Source of the DNA: an uncultured delta proteobacterium | GTDB taxonomy: Bacteria; Myxococcota; Myxococcia; Myxococcales; Anaeromyxobacteraceae | Assembly: GCA_963845515.1 (NCBI GenBank) | Contig: CAWJSR010000017.1 | Location: forward strand, 21,678 to 85,677 | Direction of reading: 5' to 3' | DNA length: 64,000 nucleotides | Part shown: in pieces, positions 11,368 through 22,459 of the stretch | How the letters are laid out: each line of letters starts with the position of its first letter | Position numbering within the stretch: position 1 is the first letter of the stretch | Notes under the pieces: generated by a model | Database searches by the model: none | Seen by the model: the letters and a program-made list of their open reading frames with translations, nothing else | Told to the model about the DNA's origin: nothing | Position numbers and translations under genes: made by a program

Positions 11368-12312
11368 GTCACGATCTGTGAGGACGATCTTGCCGACCTT
11401 GCCGCCGGCGGCGAAACGCTCGTAGGCGGCCGCGGCGTCCGCCAGCGGATACGTCGCCGCCACCGGCACGCGCAGCCGCCCGCCGGCCAGCGCCGGCACG
11501 ACCAGGGAGCCGAGCGTCGCGATGAGGACGGCCTTCTCGCCGGCGGAGCGCGAGCGCAGGGTCGAGGCGGCGAGGCGCGCGCGGCGGCCCATCAGCGCCA
11601 TGAGGTCGACCTCCACCGTGGCGCCGCTGCCGACGCCGATGACGACGACGCGCCCGCGGATGGCGAGCGCCGCGAGCGCCGACGGCAGGCTCGCGGCGCC
11701 GACGAGCTCGAGGACGACGTCGTAGGGGCCGTGATCGGCCACCGCGGCGGGCGCGACGACCTCGGCCGCGCCGAGCGCGGCCACGGCCTCGTGCTGGGCG
11801 GCGTCGCGCACCGACGCGACGACGTGGGCGCCGGCGAGCGCCGCCAGCTGCACCGCGGCCGTGCCGACGCCGCCGGCCGCACCCGTGACGAGGACGCGGT
11901 CGCCGAGCGTGAGGCCCGCCTGTCCGAAGAGCGCGTCGTAGGCGGTCGCGTACGCCTCCATGAAGCCGCCGGCCTCCGGCCAGCTCAGGCCGGCGGGCAC
12001 GCCGAGCGCGTGCGCCTCGTCCACCACGGCCAGCTCGGCCTGGGCGCCGCCGCCGACGAGCGCCATCACCCGGTCGCCGAGGGCGAACCGGGTCACGCGC
12101 GCGCCCACGGCGGCCACCTCTCCGGCCATCTCGAGGCCCGGGACGTCCTGCGGCCACCCGGGCGGCGCCGGGTACCGGCCTGCGCGCTGCGACAGATCGG
12201 CGCCGTTGACGCCGGCCGCCCGGACCGCCACGACGAGGTCGTGGTCGCCGGGCTCCGGGTCCGGCCGTTCCTGCCAGTGAAGCTGTCCTTCGTCGATCAC
12301 GATGGCATGCAT
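11364..12312 (-). CDS. NAD(P)H:quinone oxidoreductase (MDR/PIG3-like)
   Basis: AAGVNGADL.QR.G.YP, PGLEMAGEV, VLVTGAAGGVG, GKVGKIVL. Confidence 0.9.
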
Positions 12313-12362
12313 GGGCCACCACCTCCTGGCGCGGTCATACCCACAGGGGACCGAACGATGCG

Positions 12363-13352
12363 TCAGGCCCAGGCGTGCAGGTCGTGCGGCTCCTCGTCGT
12401 TCCAGCGACGAGGGATCCAGAGCGGGACCGTCTTCTGGTCGGTGCAGCCGACGAGGTCGTAGGTCTCGTCGCCGTCGAAGACCGAGAAGTGCGCCGGCAG
12501 GTCGGCGCCGTGCTCCTCGCAGACGGCGAACTCCACGCGCCAGCGCTCGTCCAGCAGCGCACCCTTGACGACGTCGCGCCCGAGCAGTTGAGCCGCGCCG
12601 CCCAGGAGGCAGCCGAGGCACGGCAGCGGGCTCGACTTGACCGCCGCCCCCACCGAGGCCGAGTAGGCGGCCTCCGCCAGGGCGGCCTTCATCATGCACG
12701 AGTACACGCGGATCAGGCCGTCCTCGGGCGGCACGTACAGGCCGACGCCGGCAGGATAGACGGGCAGGGCGTGCACGCCGGCCAGACTCTCCGTCTCGCC
12801 GGCGAGCCACCAGTAGTCGAGCGGCGTCATCGGCCCGGGGTCGTCGTCCGACGCCAGGTCGGCGCCGGTCTCGCGGCGGGCCCACTCGGCGAACGACGAC
12901 CAGCGGCCGAGCCGGGACAGCCGCTGCTCGAGGAAGCGGGCCGCCCGGCCGACGAAGTCGTCCAGCCGGGCATCGTCCACCGTCGTCCACCACACGCCGT
13001 CCCGGCCTCTGCCGAGCTTGCCCTCGGCGTCACGCGTCCACTCCGGGATGGCGTCGCCGGCACAGTAGTGACCCACGACGGACGGCACCTGGTCGTTACT
13101 CTCACCCTCTACTTCAACCTGAGCCTTCAGCTCCGCCAGCGCCTCCGGGCTCTCCACGACGGCCGAGAGCTGCGGCTCGCCCATCAGGATGGAGAACGCG
13201 AGGCCGGGGCCGGTCTTGCGGAAGGCGGTGAACGCGCCGTCGATCCAGGCGCTGTTCTCCAGCCCGGTCTCCGGGCTCGCGGCCAGCGCCTCGCGGCTCA
13301 GGATGCGGGTCGCGACGGAGTCGTCGCCGGGCTGCTGCGGAACGGGTGCCAT
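12363..13352 (-). CDS. Hypothetical protein
   Basis: 329-aa ORF with protein-like composition and an AAGGA RBS; no recognised motif. Confidence 0.6.
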   Translation of the reverse strand: MAPVPQQPGDDSVATRILSREALAASPETGLENSAWIDGAFTAFRKTGPGLAFSILMGEPQLSAVVESPEALAELKAQVEVEGESNDQVPSVVGHYCAGDAIPEWTRDAEGKLGRGRDGVWWTTVDDARLDDFVGRAARFLEQRLSRLGRWSSFAEWARRETGADLASDDDPGPMTPLDYWWLAGETESLAGVHALPVYPAGVGLYVPPEDGLIRVYSCMMKAALAEAAYSASVGAAVKSSPLPCLGCLLGGAAQLLGRDVVKGALLDERWRVEFAVCEEHGADLPAHFSVFDGDETYDLVGCTDQKTVPLWIPRRWNDEEPHDLHAWA

Positions 13353-13413
13353 GAGAGCGGAGTCCTTTCGTCGGTCGCGCCAGTGTGTCAGGCGGGCGCC
13401 GGCGACGGCAAGC

Positions 13414-14535
13414 TCACGGAGCGGCCGAGCCCTCCGCCGCCGGGACCTTCGGCTCGGCGGCGCGCAGCGCCGCGGCCGCCTGCCGGCTCCGACCGGCCAG
13501 CTCGGCGAGCGACATGTCCTGGGCGCTCATGGCCACCAGGCCGGCGACGATGCCGACGACGAGCTGCAGCGCCTGCAGGCCGAGCGTGTACGCCAGGGCC
13601 GGGCCACTGGCGACGCCGTACGTGGCGAGCGCCGCCACGGCGGCCACCTGGAAGGTGCCCACGTTGCCCGGCGTCGCCGGCACGAGGCCGATCAGGTTGG
13701 TGAGGACGATGACGAGGGCGGCGCCGCTGAGTCCGGCCGCCCCCAGATGGAACGCCCAGAGCATGGCGACGGCCGCGGCGAGCTGGATGACCCAGGCCAG
13801 CACCTGCGTCCCCGTCACGGCGAGCGCGGCGAGCGGCCGGTCCCAGATGCGCTGGCTCTGGATGAGCTGCGGCAGCCAGCGCCCCATCCGCCTGACCCTG
13901 GGTCCGCCGCGCTCGCACGCCTCGGCGACCTGCCGCCGGCGGCGGTTGAGGATGAACCCGCCCACGAGCGGCACGGCGATGAGTCCCGCGCTCACGTAGA
14001 GCACGTGCACCGCCCAGGAGGGCGCGGAGAGCGTCGAGAGGAAGACGAGCGCCATGACGAGGAACGTGACGATGGCGAACATGCGCTCGGTGAGCGTGAT
14101 GCCGAGCGCCGTCGGGAACGGCAGGTGCTCCCGACGCCGCCGCAGCAGCACGTACAACACGTACGGCGACAGCACCGTCCCCACGCGCACGGGGATCAGG
14201 GAGTTGGCGAGCAGCCCGATGCTCGTCGCGGAGAAGGAGTTGGTGAAGCGCGAACGCACACCGGCGACGGCATCGACGATGAGCTGCAGCGAGAGGCTGC
14301 GCAGCGCGAGCGACGCCAGCATGAGCGCGACGGCCGCCAGGGCCCAGCGCCAGTCGGCGCTGCCGAAGGAGCGCACCATCAGGGCCAGGTCGTCGCGTCC
14401 CAGCAGGGCGAACGCGAGGACGATGAGGGCCGCCGCTCCGATCCACCGGCGGCGGCCTGGAGAAGTGACGACCCTGCGGATGAAGCGGGCGAGCCTCGAG
14501 GAGGCTCGGCCGGTCTGCTGAGGGTCGCTCATCAT
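13414..14535 (-). CDS. Lysylphosphatidylglycerol synthase TM / UPF0104 flippase-like membrane protein
   Basis: Multiple TM helices; NSLIPVRVG, ER.F and PATPGNVGTFQ motifs. Confidence 0.85.
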   Translation of the reverse strand: MMSDPQQTGRASSRLARFIRRVVTSPGRRRWIGAAALIVLAFALLGRDDLALMVRSFGSADWRWALAAVALMLASLALRSLSLQLIVDAVAGVRSRFTNSFSATSIGLLANSLIPVRVGTVLSPYVLYVLLRRRREHLPFPTALGITLTERMFAIVTFLVMALVFLSTLSAPSWAVHVLYVSAGLIAVPLVGGFILNRRRRQVAEACERGGPRVRRMGRWLPQLIQSQRIWDRPLAALAVTGTQVLAWVIQLAAAVAMLWAFHLGAAGLSGAALVIVLTNLIGLVPATPGNVGTFQVAAVAALATYGVASGPALAYTLGLQALQLVVGIVAGLVAMSAQDMSLAELAGRSRQAAAALRAAEPKVPAAEGSAAP

Positions 14536-14629
14536 CGACCGAGTATGGGCCGAAGAATCGTTGGTCACAACCCACTAAATCACCCGTCGTGACCCGATGG
14601 TAGGCTGACCGCATGTCCTTCGCGCTCGC

Positions 14630-15738
14630 CTACTCCCGGGCGTGCCCCGGCAGCATCTCGGCGGTCAGCTTGGCCTCCCAGTCGCGGGAAGGCGCCCACG
14701 ACCATGTCGACGAGCCGCGCGACGGGTCGCGTCAGCGCGTCCGTCGCCGGGATCCCCAGTTCGAGCTCGTAGAGGATGATCGCGGCGCTCACCTCGGCGT
14801 CGGTCATGTCCTCGTGGTTGATGGTGAGACCGATGACCTCGACGCCGGCGAACGCTCGGAGCAGGGCGATCTCGCTGAGCGGCGTCGGCGTGGGCACGTC
14901 CGGGAAGTCGCCCAGCATGCGGCGCGACGGCGCGTGCTGCAGGATCACCGCGTCCGGCCTGGCGCCGCGCAGGATGAACGTCGACGAGAGGTACGCAGGG
15001 TGACTGAGCGCGCCCTGTCCCTCGACGATGATCACGTCGGGACGCTCCGCCTCGAACGCCTCCACGACGACGCCTCCATCTCGCCCGAGCAGAACTGGCA
15101 GGGGATGGCGTCGAGCGCGACGCCGTAGCGGGCGCCCTGGATGAGCCCGGTCTGGCCGGTGCCGACCAGGACGGCGCTGATCCCGCGCTCGTTGAGCGCC
15201 TGGGTCAGGATGGTCGCGGTCGTGCGCTTGCCGATGGCGCCGTCCGTGCCGAGCACGGCGATGCGCGGGCAGGTCACCGTCGTCGATGCGCCCGGTGAAC
15301 ATGCGCAGGTCCTTCTTGGCGCGCGGGCGACGTACGTCCAGGAGCCTCACGCCGTACGTCGCCGCGGCGGCGGTGAACTCGAGGTCGTCGTTCAGGAACT
15401 CGTGCAGACCGTTGACGATGCTCATGCCGCGCCCCATCGCATCGAGCACCACGCCGCGTTCGCGCGGAGAGAGCATGCCGCTGAGCGGCGCCACGCCGAT
15501 GATGAAGAAGTCCGGGACGTAGCCGCAGAGGGCGATCGCCGCCGCGAGGTCGGCGCAGATCGGGATCCCGTTGGGCCGCTCGTCGAGGAACTCGCCGGCG
15601 TCCAGCCCGACCTTCGGTGCTGTCGATCACGGCGAGGATCTCGTACTTCTCCGAGTGCCGCACGAGGCCGTTGGCCGTCTTGCCGTCCGGCGTGCCGAAG
15701 AACGCCTCCGCGTAGACCACCGCCGTCCGCCGCGTCAT
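14630..15738 (-). CDS. DUF1611 family P-loop protein (frameshifted)
   Basis: GKTANGLVR, NGLHEFL, GTDGAIGKRTT, GTGQTG, VEGQGALSHPAY. Confidence 0.85.
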
Positions 15739-16476
15739 GACGATCCTCCCGGCCGCGGCCGTCTGCCGTCGTCGAAGACGGGCGTGATGTTCAGGAGGTC
15801 CGAGACGTCGAGGCCGTCCATGAACGTGAGGCCTCCGGCGCGCTGGAACAGACGGGCGCGGCCGGTGACTTCGGCCCGCTCCCCGCTGACGCGCAGCCAC
15901 GAGCCCTCGTACAGGCCCAGCACGGGACACTCGTTCTCCTCGAGGAACTCCGTGATGCGCTCCGCGCGCGTCTCGCCCATGAACGTCGAGGCGGGGTCCG
16001 GGTCGATGTAGTGGAGGTTGATCTGGAACGGCACGAGACCCAGCGCGCCGAAGCTCGGCGGCCGGCAGATCGGCATGTCGTTGGTCGTCCGGATGGTCGG
16101 GCAGGCCACGTTCGTGCCCGCGGAGGCGCCCACGTAGCGGGTCACGCCTTCGCGCACGTTGCGGCTCAGCTTGTCGACCACGCCGAGGGCGTACAGGGAG
16201 TCGAGCAGCCGGAAGGTGTTGCCGCCGCCCATCATCACGACGTCCGCGTCGAGGATCGCCCGCTCCGGAGCGCTCGGACCGGTGGGCGGAGACGACCTCG
16301 ACGTCGAACGCGGCGAGCGCGGCCGCGGCCCTGTCGGCGTACTCGTCCCAGTCCGCCAGCGCGTACGGGATGAACGTCACCGGGTCGCCGGCCGAGACGT
16401 CGGCGAAGGTCTCGGCGGCATGCGAGAACATCGTGCCGCCGTAGTTGGTGGAGTTGGAGAGCAGAAGGAGCTCCAT
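15735..16476 (-). CDS. pepE: Dipeptidase E (peptidase S51), one frameshift
   Basis: MELLLLSNST, GGGNTFRLL, GASAGTNVACPTIRTTNDMPI, PFQINLHY, GETRAERITEF. Confidence 0.92.
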
Positions 16477-17004
16477 GACCGCCATCCTGATAGGCCGGCC
16501 AGGGGGATCCCGAGCAAGCGATGGGCGCTTCACAGCGGCGGATGTCGCGGGCTGTGCACGCCGATTCCGCGCAGAGGTCGATCGACCTGTTCCGCGGTGA
16601 GGGGATTGCGTGCCCCGGGGAGAGAAGCGACACGTCGTGTCCCTACAGTGGCAGGTGCCCCGCGTCCGGTCAATGTCCATGACTGAGCCAGCGACCTCAC
16701 TGGCATGATCTGGCATGGGTGCCGCTCCCCGGCGTGGAGTCGCGCCAGGCGGATCGAAGGGGCCGGCGGCCGCTGCGCGTGCCGGCCCCCCAACGGCTCC
16801 GCGTTCCTGCCGGCGCGGGCCGGGGATGCACAACCAGGGACAGCAGACTCCGCCTGCGCGGGCCCGCGGCACCAAGCCACAGTCCCGCGCGCGACGCCAT
16901 GACCAGCAGACACGACCGAGACAGAGCAGCGACCGGCTCCACCTTCTCGGCTCCTCGTGCGGCCTGCGGACTCACTCGTCACTCCAGGCGTGAGGCCCGC
17001 AGCC

Positions 17005-18115
17005 GTGAGCGGTCTGCCGGTCGCGGTGGACACGCCGACGTACGCGATCGTCGCCGTCGTCGTCTTCATCCTGGCGGGCGTCGCCTACGCGGTGCGCCGG
17101 TACTGGCGGCGTCGGCAGCCGCCGCAGCCGCCGGCGCCCGCCACCACCGTCATCGAGGAACCGCCGGCCGACAAGCACGTGCGCACGCCGTCGGACGTGC
17201 TCCACCTCATCGTCGGCGTGCTGCTGGTGCTCCTCGGCCTGCTCATCGCCGCAGGTGCCTCGAACACCCTCGTCGGCCTGGAGCGCGACCTGATCGAGGC
17301 CTTCGACGCCCTGCCCGAAGGGTTCGCGACCGTCCTCTACCTGGTCTTCCAGGCGCATCGCTTCGCTCATCCCCGCGCGGCCGTCGGCCTGGTCGTGCTG
17401 TGGCGCCGCAAGTTCCGGCTGTTCGGCATGCTGATCCTCGCGGCTCTGCTGGCGCAGACCATCACCTCCGTGCTGAACGACCTGGTCGTGAAGAACTTCG
17501 GGACGCCGGAACTGCTCGCCGCGGTCCACCGCCCCGACTGGCTGAGGAGGTCGTCTCCATCGGAGAGATCAGCTCGAGCTTCGTCGCCGGCATGGTGTCC
17601 ACGGTCGTACTGGGGTCGCCGTGGATCAGCCGCGCCTGGCGTCGTGTGGGTGGGCCGTGGTCGTCTGTCGGTCGGCGTTCCGCATCGCCGGGCCGCGCAG
17701 GGAGGGCCCCTGGACATCGTCCTGGCCGTGGGCGCCGGCATCGTCGGCGGGCTCGGCGGTCGCTGCTCATCTTCGGCGCGCCCAACAAGCGCCCGCGAGG
17801 CCCCGCGGTCGTCGCCGCCATGGCGCGGGCCGGGGCGCCCCTGGCGCGCCGTCACCCGCGCGGGCGTGGACGCCCGGAGCTCCACGCCCTACTTCGCCGA
17901 CGCCGACGACGGCCGGCGCTGTTCATCAAGGTGCTGGGCCGCGACGAGCGCAGCGCCGACCTCATGTTCCGCATCTACTGTTCCTTCGGCTCAAGGACGT
18001 GGGCGACCGTGGTCCCTTCTCGTCCCTGCAGCGGATGGTCGAGCACGAGGCGCTCGTGGCGCTGTACGCCAACGACATGGGCGTCCTGACTCCCGCCTCG
18101 TGGTCACCGCCAACG
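17005..18115 (+). CDS. Actinobacterial integral membrane protein (UPF0104-associated kinase-like type), frameshifted and truncated at the junction
   Basis: TM helices, then [38 protein letters not shown]; breaks off at about 18,115. Confidence 0.65.
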
Positions 18116-18121
18116 TGGCCT

Positions 18122-19512
18122 GCGACGTCCTCGGCGAAGGCCTCCTTGAGGCTGTCCTTCACCATCGCCGCGCCGCCGTACTTGATGACCGCCACCTGCC
18201 CGGAGAAGGCGGCGATGTACTTGAGCGCCTCGACGAGGAGCGAGCGCTTGAAGGCCGGCGAGTAGTTGGCGACCTTGTCGTCCTTGGCGACGCCGCCGTC
18301 CGCCTTCTGGATGATGAGCGACGAGTAGTCGGCGTTGATCTTCACGTAGTCGTAGGAGAGATCGCAGCCCCAGGAGACGGCGCGCGCGGCCCCCTCCGTC
18401 AGCTCGACCAGGACGTCGACGCGGGACTCGCGCATCTGGCCCTTCAGCCCATCGCGATCGTGCTCGGTCGGCGCGCCCTTCTCGAAGACCGTGACGCCCT
18501 GCATCGCCACCCGCGCCTTGTACGGGTCGATCGGGAAGCCCTGCGAGCCGGCCCGCGCGCCGACCGTGGCGAGGATCCGGCCCCAGTTCGGATCGGCGCC
18601 GAAGATGGCCGCCTTGACCAACGGTGAGGTGGCTATCGACCGGGCCAGGTCGCGGGCGCAGCGGTCGTCGGGCGCGCCGCTCACGACCACCTCGACCATC
18701 CGGGTCGCGCCCTCGCCGTCCGCGGCCATGGCGCGGGCCATCTCGCCGAGCATGTCGCGGAGCGCCGCCTCGAACACCTCGAGGTCTGGCCCCGCCTCGG
18801 CCATCCGCGGGTTGCCGGCGAGGCCGTTGGCGAGGACGTACACGGTGTCGTTGGTGGACATGTCGCCGTCCACGGTCACCATCTCCAGCGTCGTGGAGAC
18901 GGCGCGCACGAGCGCGTCCTGCAGCGCCTTCGGCGTGATGGCTGCGTCCGTGGTGACCACGCAGAGCGTCGTCGCCAGCTGCGGCGCCAGCATCCCCGAG
19001 CCCTTGGCGATGCAGCTCAGGACCGCCGGCTTGCCGCCCAGCACCACCTCGCGCGCCGCCATCTTGGTGCGCGTGTCGGTGGTCATGATCGCCTCGGCGG
19101 CGAGATCCGGGTGGTCGCCGAGCTGCTCCGCGAGCGCCGGGAGCGCGGCGAGGATCTTCATCGCGGGGAGCCGCTGGCCGATGACGCCGGTGGAGGCCGA
19201 GAGGACGGAGCGCTTCTGGATCCCCAGCGCGTCGGCGACGGCCCCGCGGATGACGCTGACGTCGTCGAGGCCGCCGGGGCCGGTGAGGGCGTTGGCGTTG
19301 CCCGAGTTCACCACCACGGCGCGCATCCCCTCCGCGGGGACGCGCGGGCGCCCGTCGATCACGGGCGCCGCCGCGGCCTTGTTCACCGTGAAGACGCCGG
19401 CAGCGGCCGCCGGGTGATCGCTGACGACGAGGGCGAGGTCGCGTCGCTGCGGCTTGATCCCGCAGGCGACGCCGCCGAACCTGAAGCCCTTCGGGATCTT
19501 CATGCCGGTCAT
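18122..19512 (-). CDS. argJ: ArgJ fused in frame to the N-terminus of acetylglutamate kinase ArgB; truncated at the junction
   Basis: [61 protein letters not shown], then LLVEALKYI...VIKYGGAAM. Confidence 0.92.
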
Positions 19513-19513
19513 G

Positions 19514-20548
19514 TCAGCCCCCCTGGAGGTCGAGGCCGGTCGTCTCGGGGAGGCCGAGCGCCGCGTTCATCGCCTGGACGGCCTGGCCGGCGGCCCCCTT
19601 GAGCAGGTTGTCGATGGCCGAGGAGACGACCGCCACGCCCGCCCTGGCGTCCATCGCGACGCCGACGTGGCACCGGTTCGTGTGGACCACGTCCTTCACC
19701 ATCACCTTGTCGGCCGGGAGCAGCTTGACGAACGGCTCGCCCGCGTACGCCTTCGCGATCGCGTCGTGCAGGTCGGCGGACTGCGGCTTGCCGGTGAGCC
19801 GCAGCGTCACCGTCGCCAGGATCCCGCGCCGGATCGGCGCGAGGACCGGCGTGAAGGAGATGGGGCCGCAGGCGCCGGCGTACCGCGCCACGGTCTGCTC
19901 GATCTCGGGGACGTGCTGGTGCTTGCCGAGCCGGTAGGCCCGCAGGTCCTCGGCGGTCTCGCAGAAGCTGTAGTCCTCGCTGGCCTTGCGCCCGGCGCCG
20001 GAGACGCCGCTCATGCCCGTCACGCAGATGCCGTCGGACGAGACGAGCTGGCTGCGCACCAGCGGCGCGATCGCGAGCGCGATGGCGGTGGCGTAGCAGC
20101 CGGGGTTGGTGACGAGCCTCGCGCCGAGGAGCTTGTCGCGCGCCAGTTCGGGCAGGCCGTAGCGGGCGTCGGCGAGGAGCTGGGGCGCCGGGTGGTCGAA
20201 GCCGTACCACGGCGGGTAGGCGGCGGTGTCGAGGAGCCTGAAGGCGCCGGACAGGTCGACCACGCGCCCTCCCTTCGCGACCAGCCTGGGCGCGAGCTCG
20301 GCCGAGACCTCGGTCGGCGTCGCGAGGAAGACGACCTCGGCGTCGGCCTGGTGCCCCTCGGCGAGCGGGCGGTAGGCGAGCTTCCCGACCTCTCCGAGCA
20401 GCGGCAGCCGATCGCCGGCCAGCTCCCCGGACCAGCGATCGGAGTAGAGGGCGGTGACGCGGGCGGCGGGGTGGCGCGCGAGGACCCGGGTGAGCTCGAG
20501 CCCCGCGTAGCCGGAGGCGCCTACGACGGCGACCGTATGCTTATGCAT
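19514..20548 (-). CDS. argC: N-acetyl-gamma-glutamyl-phosphate reductase
   Basis: [57 protein letters not shown]. Confidence 0.96.
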   Translation of the reverse strand: MHKHTVAVVGASGYAGLELTRVLARHPAARVTALYSDRWSGELAGDRLPLLGEVGKLAYRPLAEGHQADAEVVFLATPTEVSAELAPRLVAKGGRVVDLSGAFRLLDTAAYPPWYGFDHPAPQLLADARYGLPELARDKLLGARLVTNPGCYATAIALAIAPLVRSQLVSSDGICVTGMSGVSGAGRKASEDYSFCETAEDLRAYRLGKHQHVPEIEQTVARYAGACGPISFTPVLAPIRRGILATVTLRLTGKPQSADLHDAIAKAYAGEPFVKLLPADKVMVKDVVHTNRCHVGVAMDARAGVAVVSSAIDNLLKGAAGQAVQAMNAALGLPETTGLDLQGG

Positions 20549-20569
20549 GGTCCCGCATGAATATGCAGA
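20532..20569 (-). promoter_or_regulatory. Tandem ARG boxes (candidate ArgR operator) overlapping the argC start
   Basis: On the minus strand TGCATATTCATGCG and TGCATAAGCATACG, 20 bp apart; AT-rich island in GC-rich DNA. Confidence 0.7.
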
Positions 20570-20633
20570 ACCGGCCTTGCCGGTCAACGATCCGCACGAA
20601 AAAAACGGCCAGCGCGAGGAGCGCCGGCCGATG

Positions 20634-20717
20634 TGCCCAGGAGAGGATTCGAACCTCCACGGTTTTGAGGCCGCCAGACCCTGAATCTGGTGCGTCTACC
20701 AGTTCCGCCACCTGGGC
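20634..20717 (-). tRNA. tRNA-Leu(CAG), CCA not encoded
   Basis: GCCCAGG acceptor stem, GGAACTGGTAGAC D-arm, CCAGA-TTCAGGG-TCTGG anticodon arm, long variable arm, GGTTCGAATCC T-arm. Confidence 0.95.
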
Positions 20718-20867
20718 TTGCTGCGGGGCCTCTTATGTCCCGGGCGGGCTGGGGGTGTCAACTGCTGCGAGCGCCGATCCCGTCGCCGAGGTGGGCTGCC
20801 CCGTCGCGAAAGGATCTTCGACGGTCGCGGCGCCCCCGCGGCTACAATGCCGCCCCGGAGGATCACA

Positions 20868-21704
20868 ATGCTCGCCACGGTCATCGCGCTCCACCTCGCC
20901 TTCACCCAGTCGCCCGTCGCCGAGCAAGCGCCGGCGCCGGCGCAGGAGGAGTCCGCTCCGACCGCCCTTCCGGCCACCGATCGGGCCGCACCTCCCGTCG
21001 GCGCCCCGGGCGAGGCAGCCGCGCTGCCCCGGTCCTCGGAGCCGCCAGTCGAGGAGGAGGAGGCGCTGAAGCCGACCCGCGAGCTGCCGCCACCCGTCAC
21101 GATGACGACCAGGCCGCTGGCGAAGTCGGCCTTGAACCCCATCCCCTCGATCCTCTCGGCCGAGCCGCTCAACGGCCGCTCGACCGTCGTGGGCTGGGCC
21201 GGCTGGGCGACGCTGGGCGCCGCGTGGTCCCAGGGGGTCAGCTCCGAGGACGACATCGGCGTCTCGGGCGAGTTCGACTGGTCCACCGCCGAGCTGCGCG
21301 TGTCGGCCCTCTACCGCCGGCCGCTGGGCCGGGCGGGGCAGTTCGGCATCGCGAGCCGCCTGCGCGCGGGGTGGTACGCCGACTTCGGCGCCCAGTGGAT
21401 CCACGACGACAACCTGAAGGACCGCGGGGTCGAGTTCGTCCCGGGGATCGTCCTCTCCGCGCGCGGGGCGGGCGGCGTCTTCTCGTTCGGCGGCGACCTG
21501 CCGATCACGGTGACCCTCTGGCGCAACGGCGGCATCTTCGCGTCCCCGAGGGTCTCGGCCGCCTTCGAGACGCGGCTCTACGGCGACCTCACGGTCGGCG
21601 CCCGCATCGCGGGGGCCTACCGGGCCGGCGCAGGCGACGCGCCGATGTCCGACGGGCGCGCGCTGCTGGACCTCCAGGTCATCGTCGGTCGCCAGTTGTT
21701 CTAG
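20868..21704 (+). CDS. Exported hypothetical protein, probable outer-membrane beta-barrel
   Basis: GGAGG RBS, signal peptide, Pro/Ala/Glu linker, amphipathic beta-strands, terminal Phe. Confidence 0.6.
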   Translation: MLATVIALHLAFTQSPVAEQAPAPAQEESAPTALPATDRAAPPVGAPGEAAALPRSSEPPVEEEEALKPTRELPPPVTMTTRPLAKSALNPIPSILSAEPLNGRSTVVGWAGWATLGAAWSQGVSSEDDIGVSGEFDWSTAELRVSALYRRPLGRAGQFGIASRLRAGWYADFGAQWIHDDNLKDRGVEFVPGIVLSARGAGGVFSFGGDLPITVTLWRNGGIFASPRVSAAFETRLYGDLTVGARIAGAYRAGAGDAPMSDGRALLDLQVIVGRQLF

Positions 21705-21857
21705 TCCCCCCGCCCCGCGCGGGGCTCGGGCATTGCGTCCGCTTCCGCAGACCGCGGCCCGGCCGGATCATCGGCAGATGGAGGTCGGCAAGGGAGCGGC
21801 GGCGGTCCCCCCGCGGGCGGCCCGTCACGCGGCCAGCGACGAGAGCGTTCGATCCGG

Positions 21858-22385
21858 GTGCGGCCCGGCTTCGTCGCTGCGCTCATCTTCTGCGCGATCG
21901 TCTTCGGCGGCGGCCTGGTCGGCTTCGCAGCCTACCGGTTCGAGGTCGGGGCGGCGCGGAGCGAGCTGCAGCGCCAGATGCCGCTCTGGCACCACCTCTG
22001 GCTCTACCTGGTGTTCCTCGCCGCCGCGGCGGCCACCGCCGGCGTGACCACCCGCATGTGGCTGCGCGGCGTCCGGGAAGCGAGCCTAAGGCGCGAGCAC
22101 GAGGCCACCAAGGAATACGTCGCGGCGCTCGAGACCGCCGAGGCGGAGCGCGAGGCGCTCATCGCCTCGCTGACCAAGGCGCTGGAGGACGTGAAGACCC
22201 TCCGCGGGATCGTCCCCATCTGCGCCTCCTGCAAGCGGGTCCGCGACGACAAGGGGTACTGGAGCCAGGTGGAGGCGTACGTGAGCAGGCACACCGAGGC
22301 GCAGTTCAGCCACGGCGTCTGCCCCGAGTGCGCCGCGCGGCTCTACCCGGACTACGCGGAGCGTCTACCCTCCGACGTCGAGTGA
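21858..22385 (+). CDS. Membrane protein with coiled coil and C-terminal Cys-rich (PIC..CK.IRDD.GYW...FSHG.CPEC) domain
   Basis: Two TM segments; LRGIVPICASCKRVRDDKGYWSQVEAY...FSHGVCPEC. Confidence 0.75.
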   Translation: MRPGFVAALIFCAIVFGGGLVGFAAYRFEVGAARSELQRQMPLWHHLWLYLVFLAAAAATAGVTTRMWLRGVREASLRREHEATKEYVAALETAEAEREALIASLTKALEDVKTLRGIVPICASCKRVRDDKGYWSQVEAYVSRHTEAQFSHGVCPECAARLYPDYAERLPSDVE

Positions 22386-22459
22386 GTCGAGTGAGTCGGG
22401 GCCGCGAGGCGCGCGACGCGCGAGGCGGCCGGAACCACCTTCGGTGGGCCCACTACGGC

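Noticed and set aside
10102..12993. 963-aa apparent quinone oxidoreductase-amidohydrolase fusion
   Set aside because: Removing one base gives ...IVT-stop overlapping the next GTG start (GTGA). Indels are pervasive in this window, so this is probably two genes.
20634..20717. tRNA-Leu as an integration site
   Set aside because: No integrase and no duplicated tRNA 3' end were found nearby.
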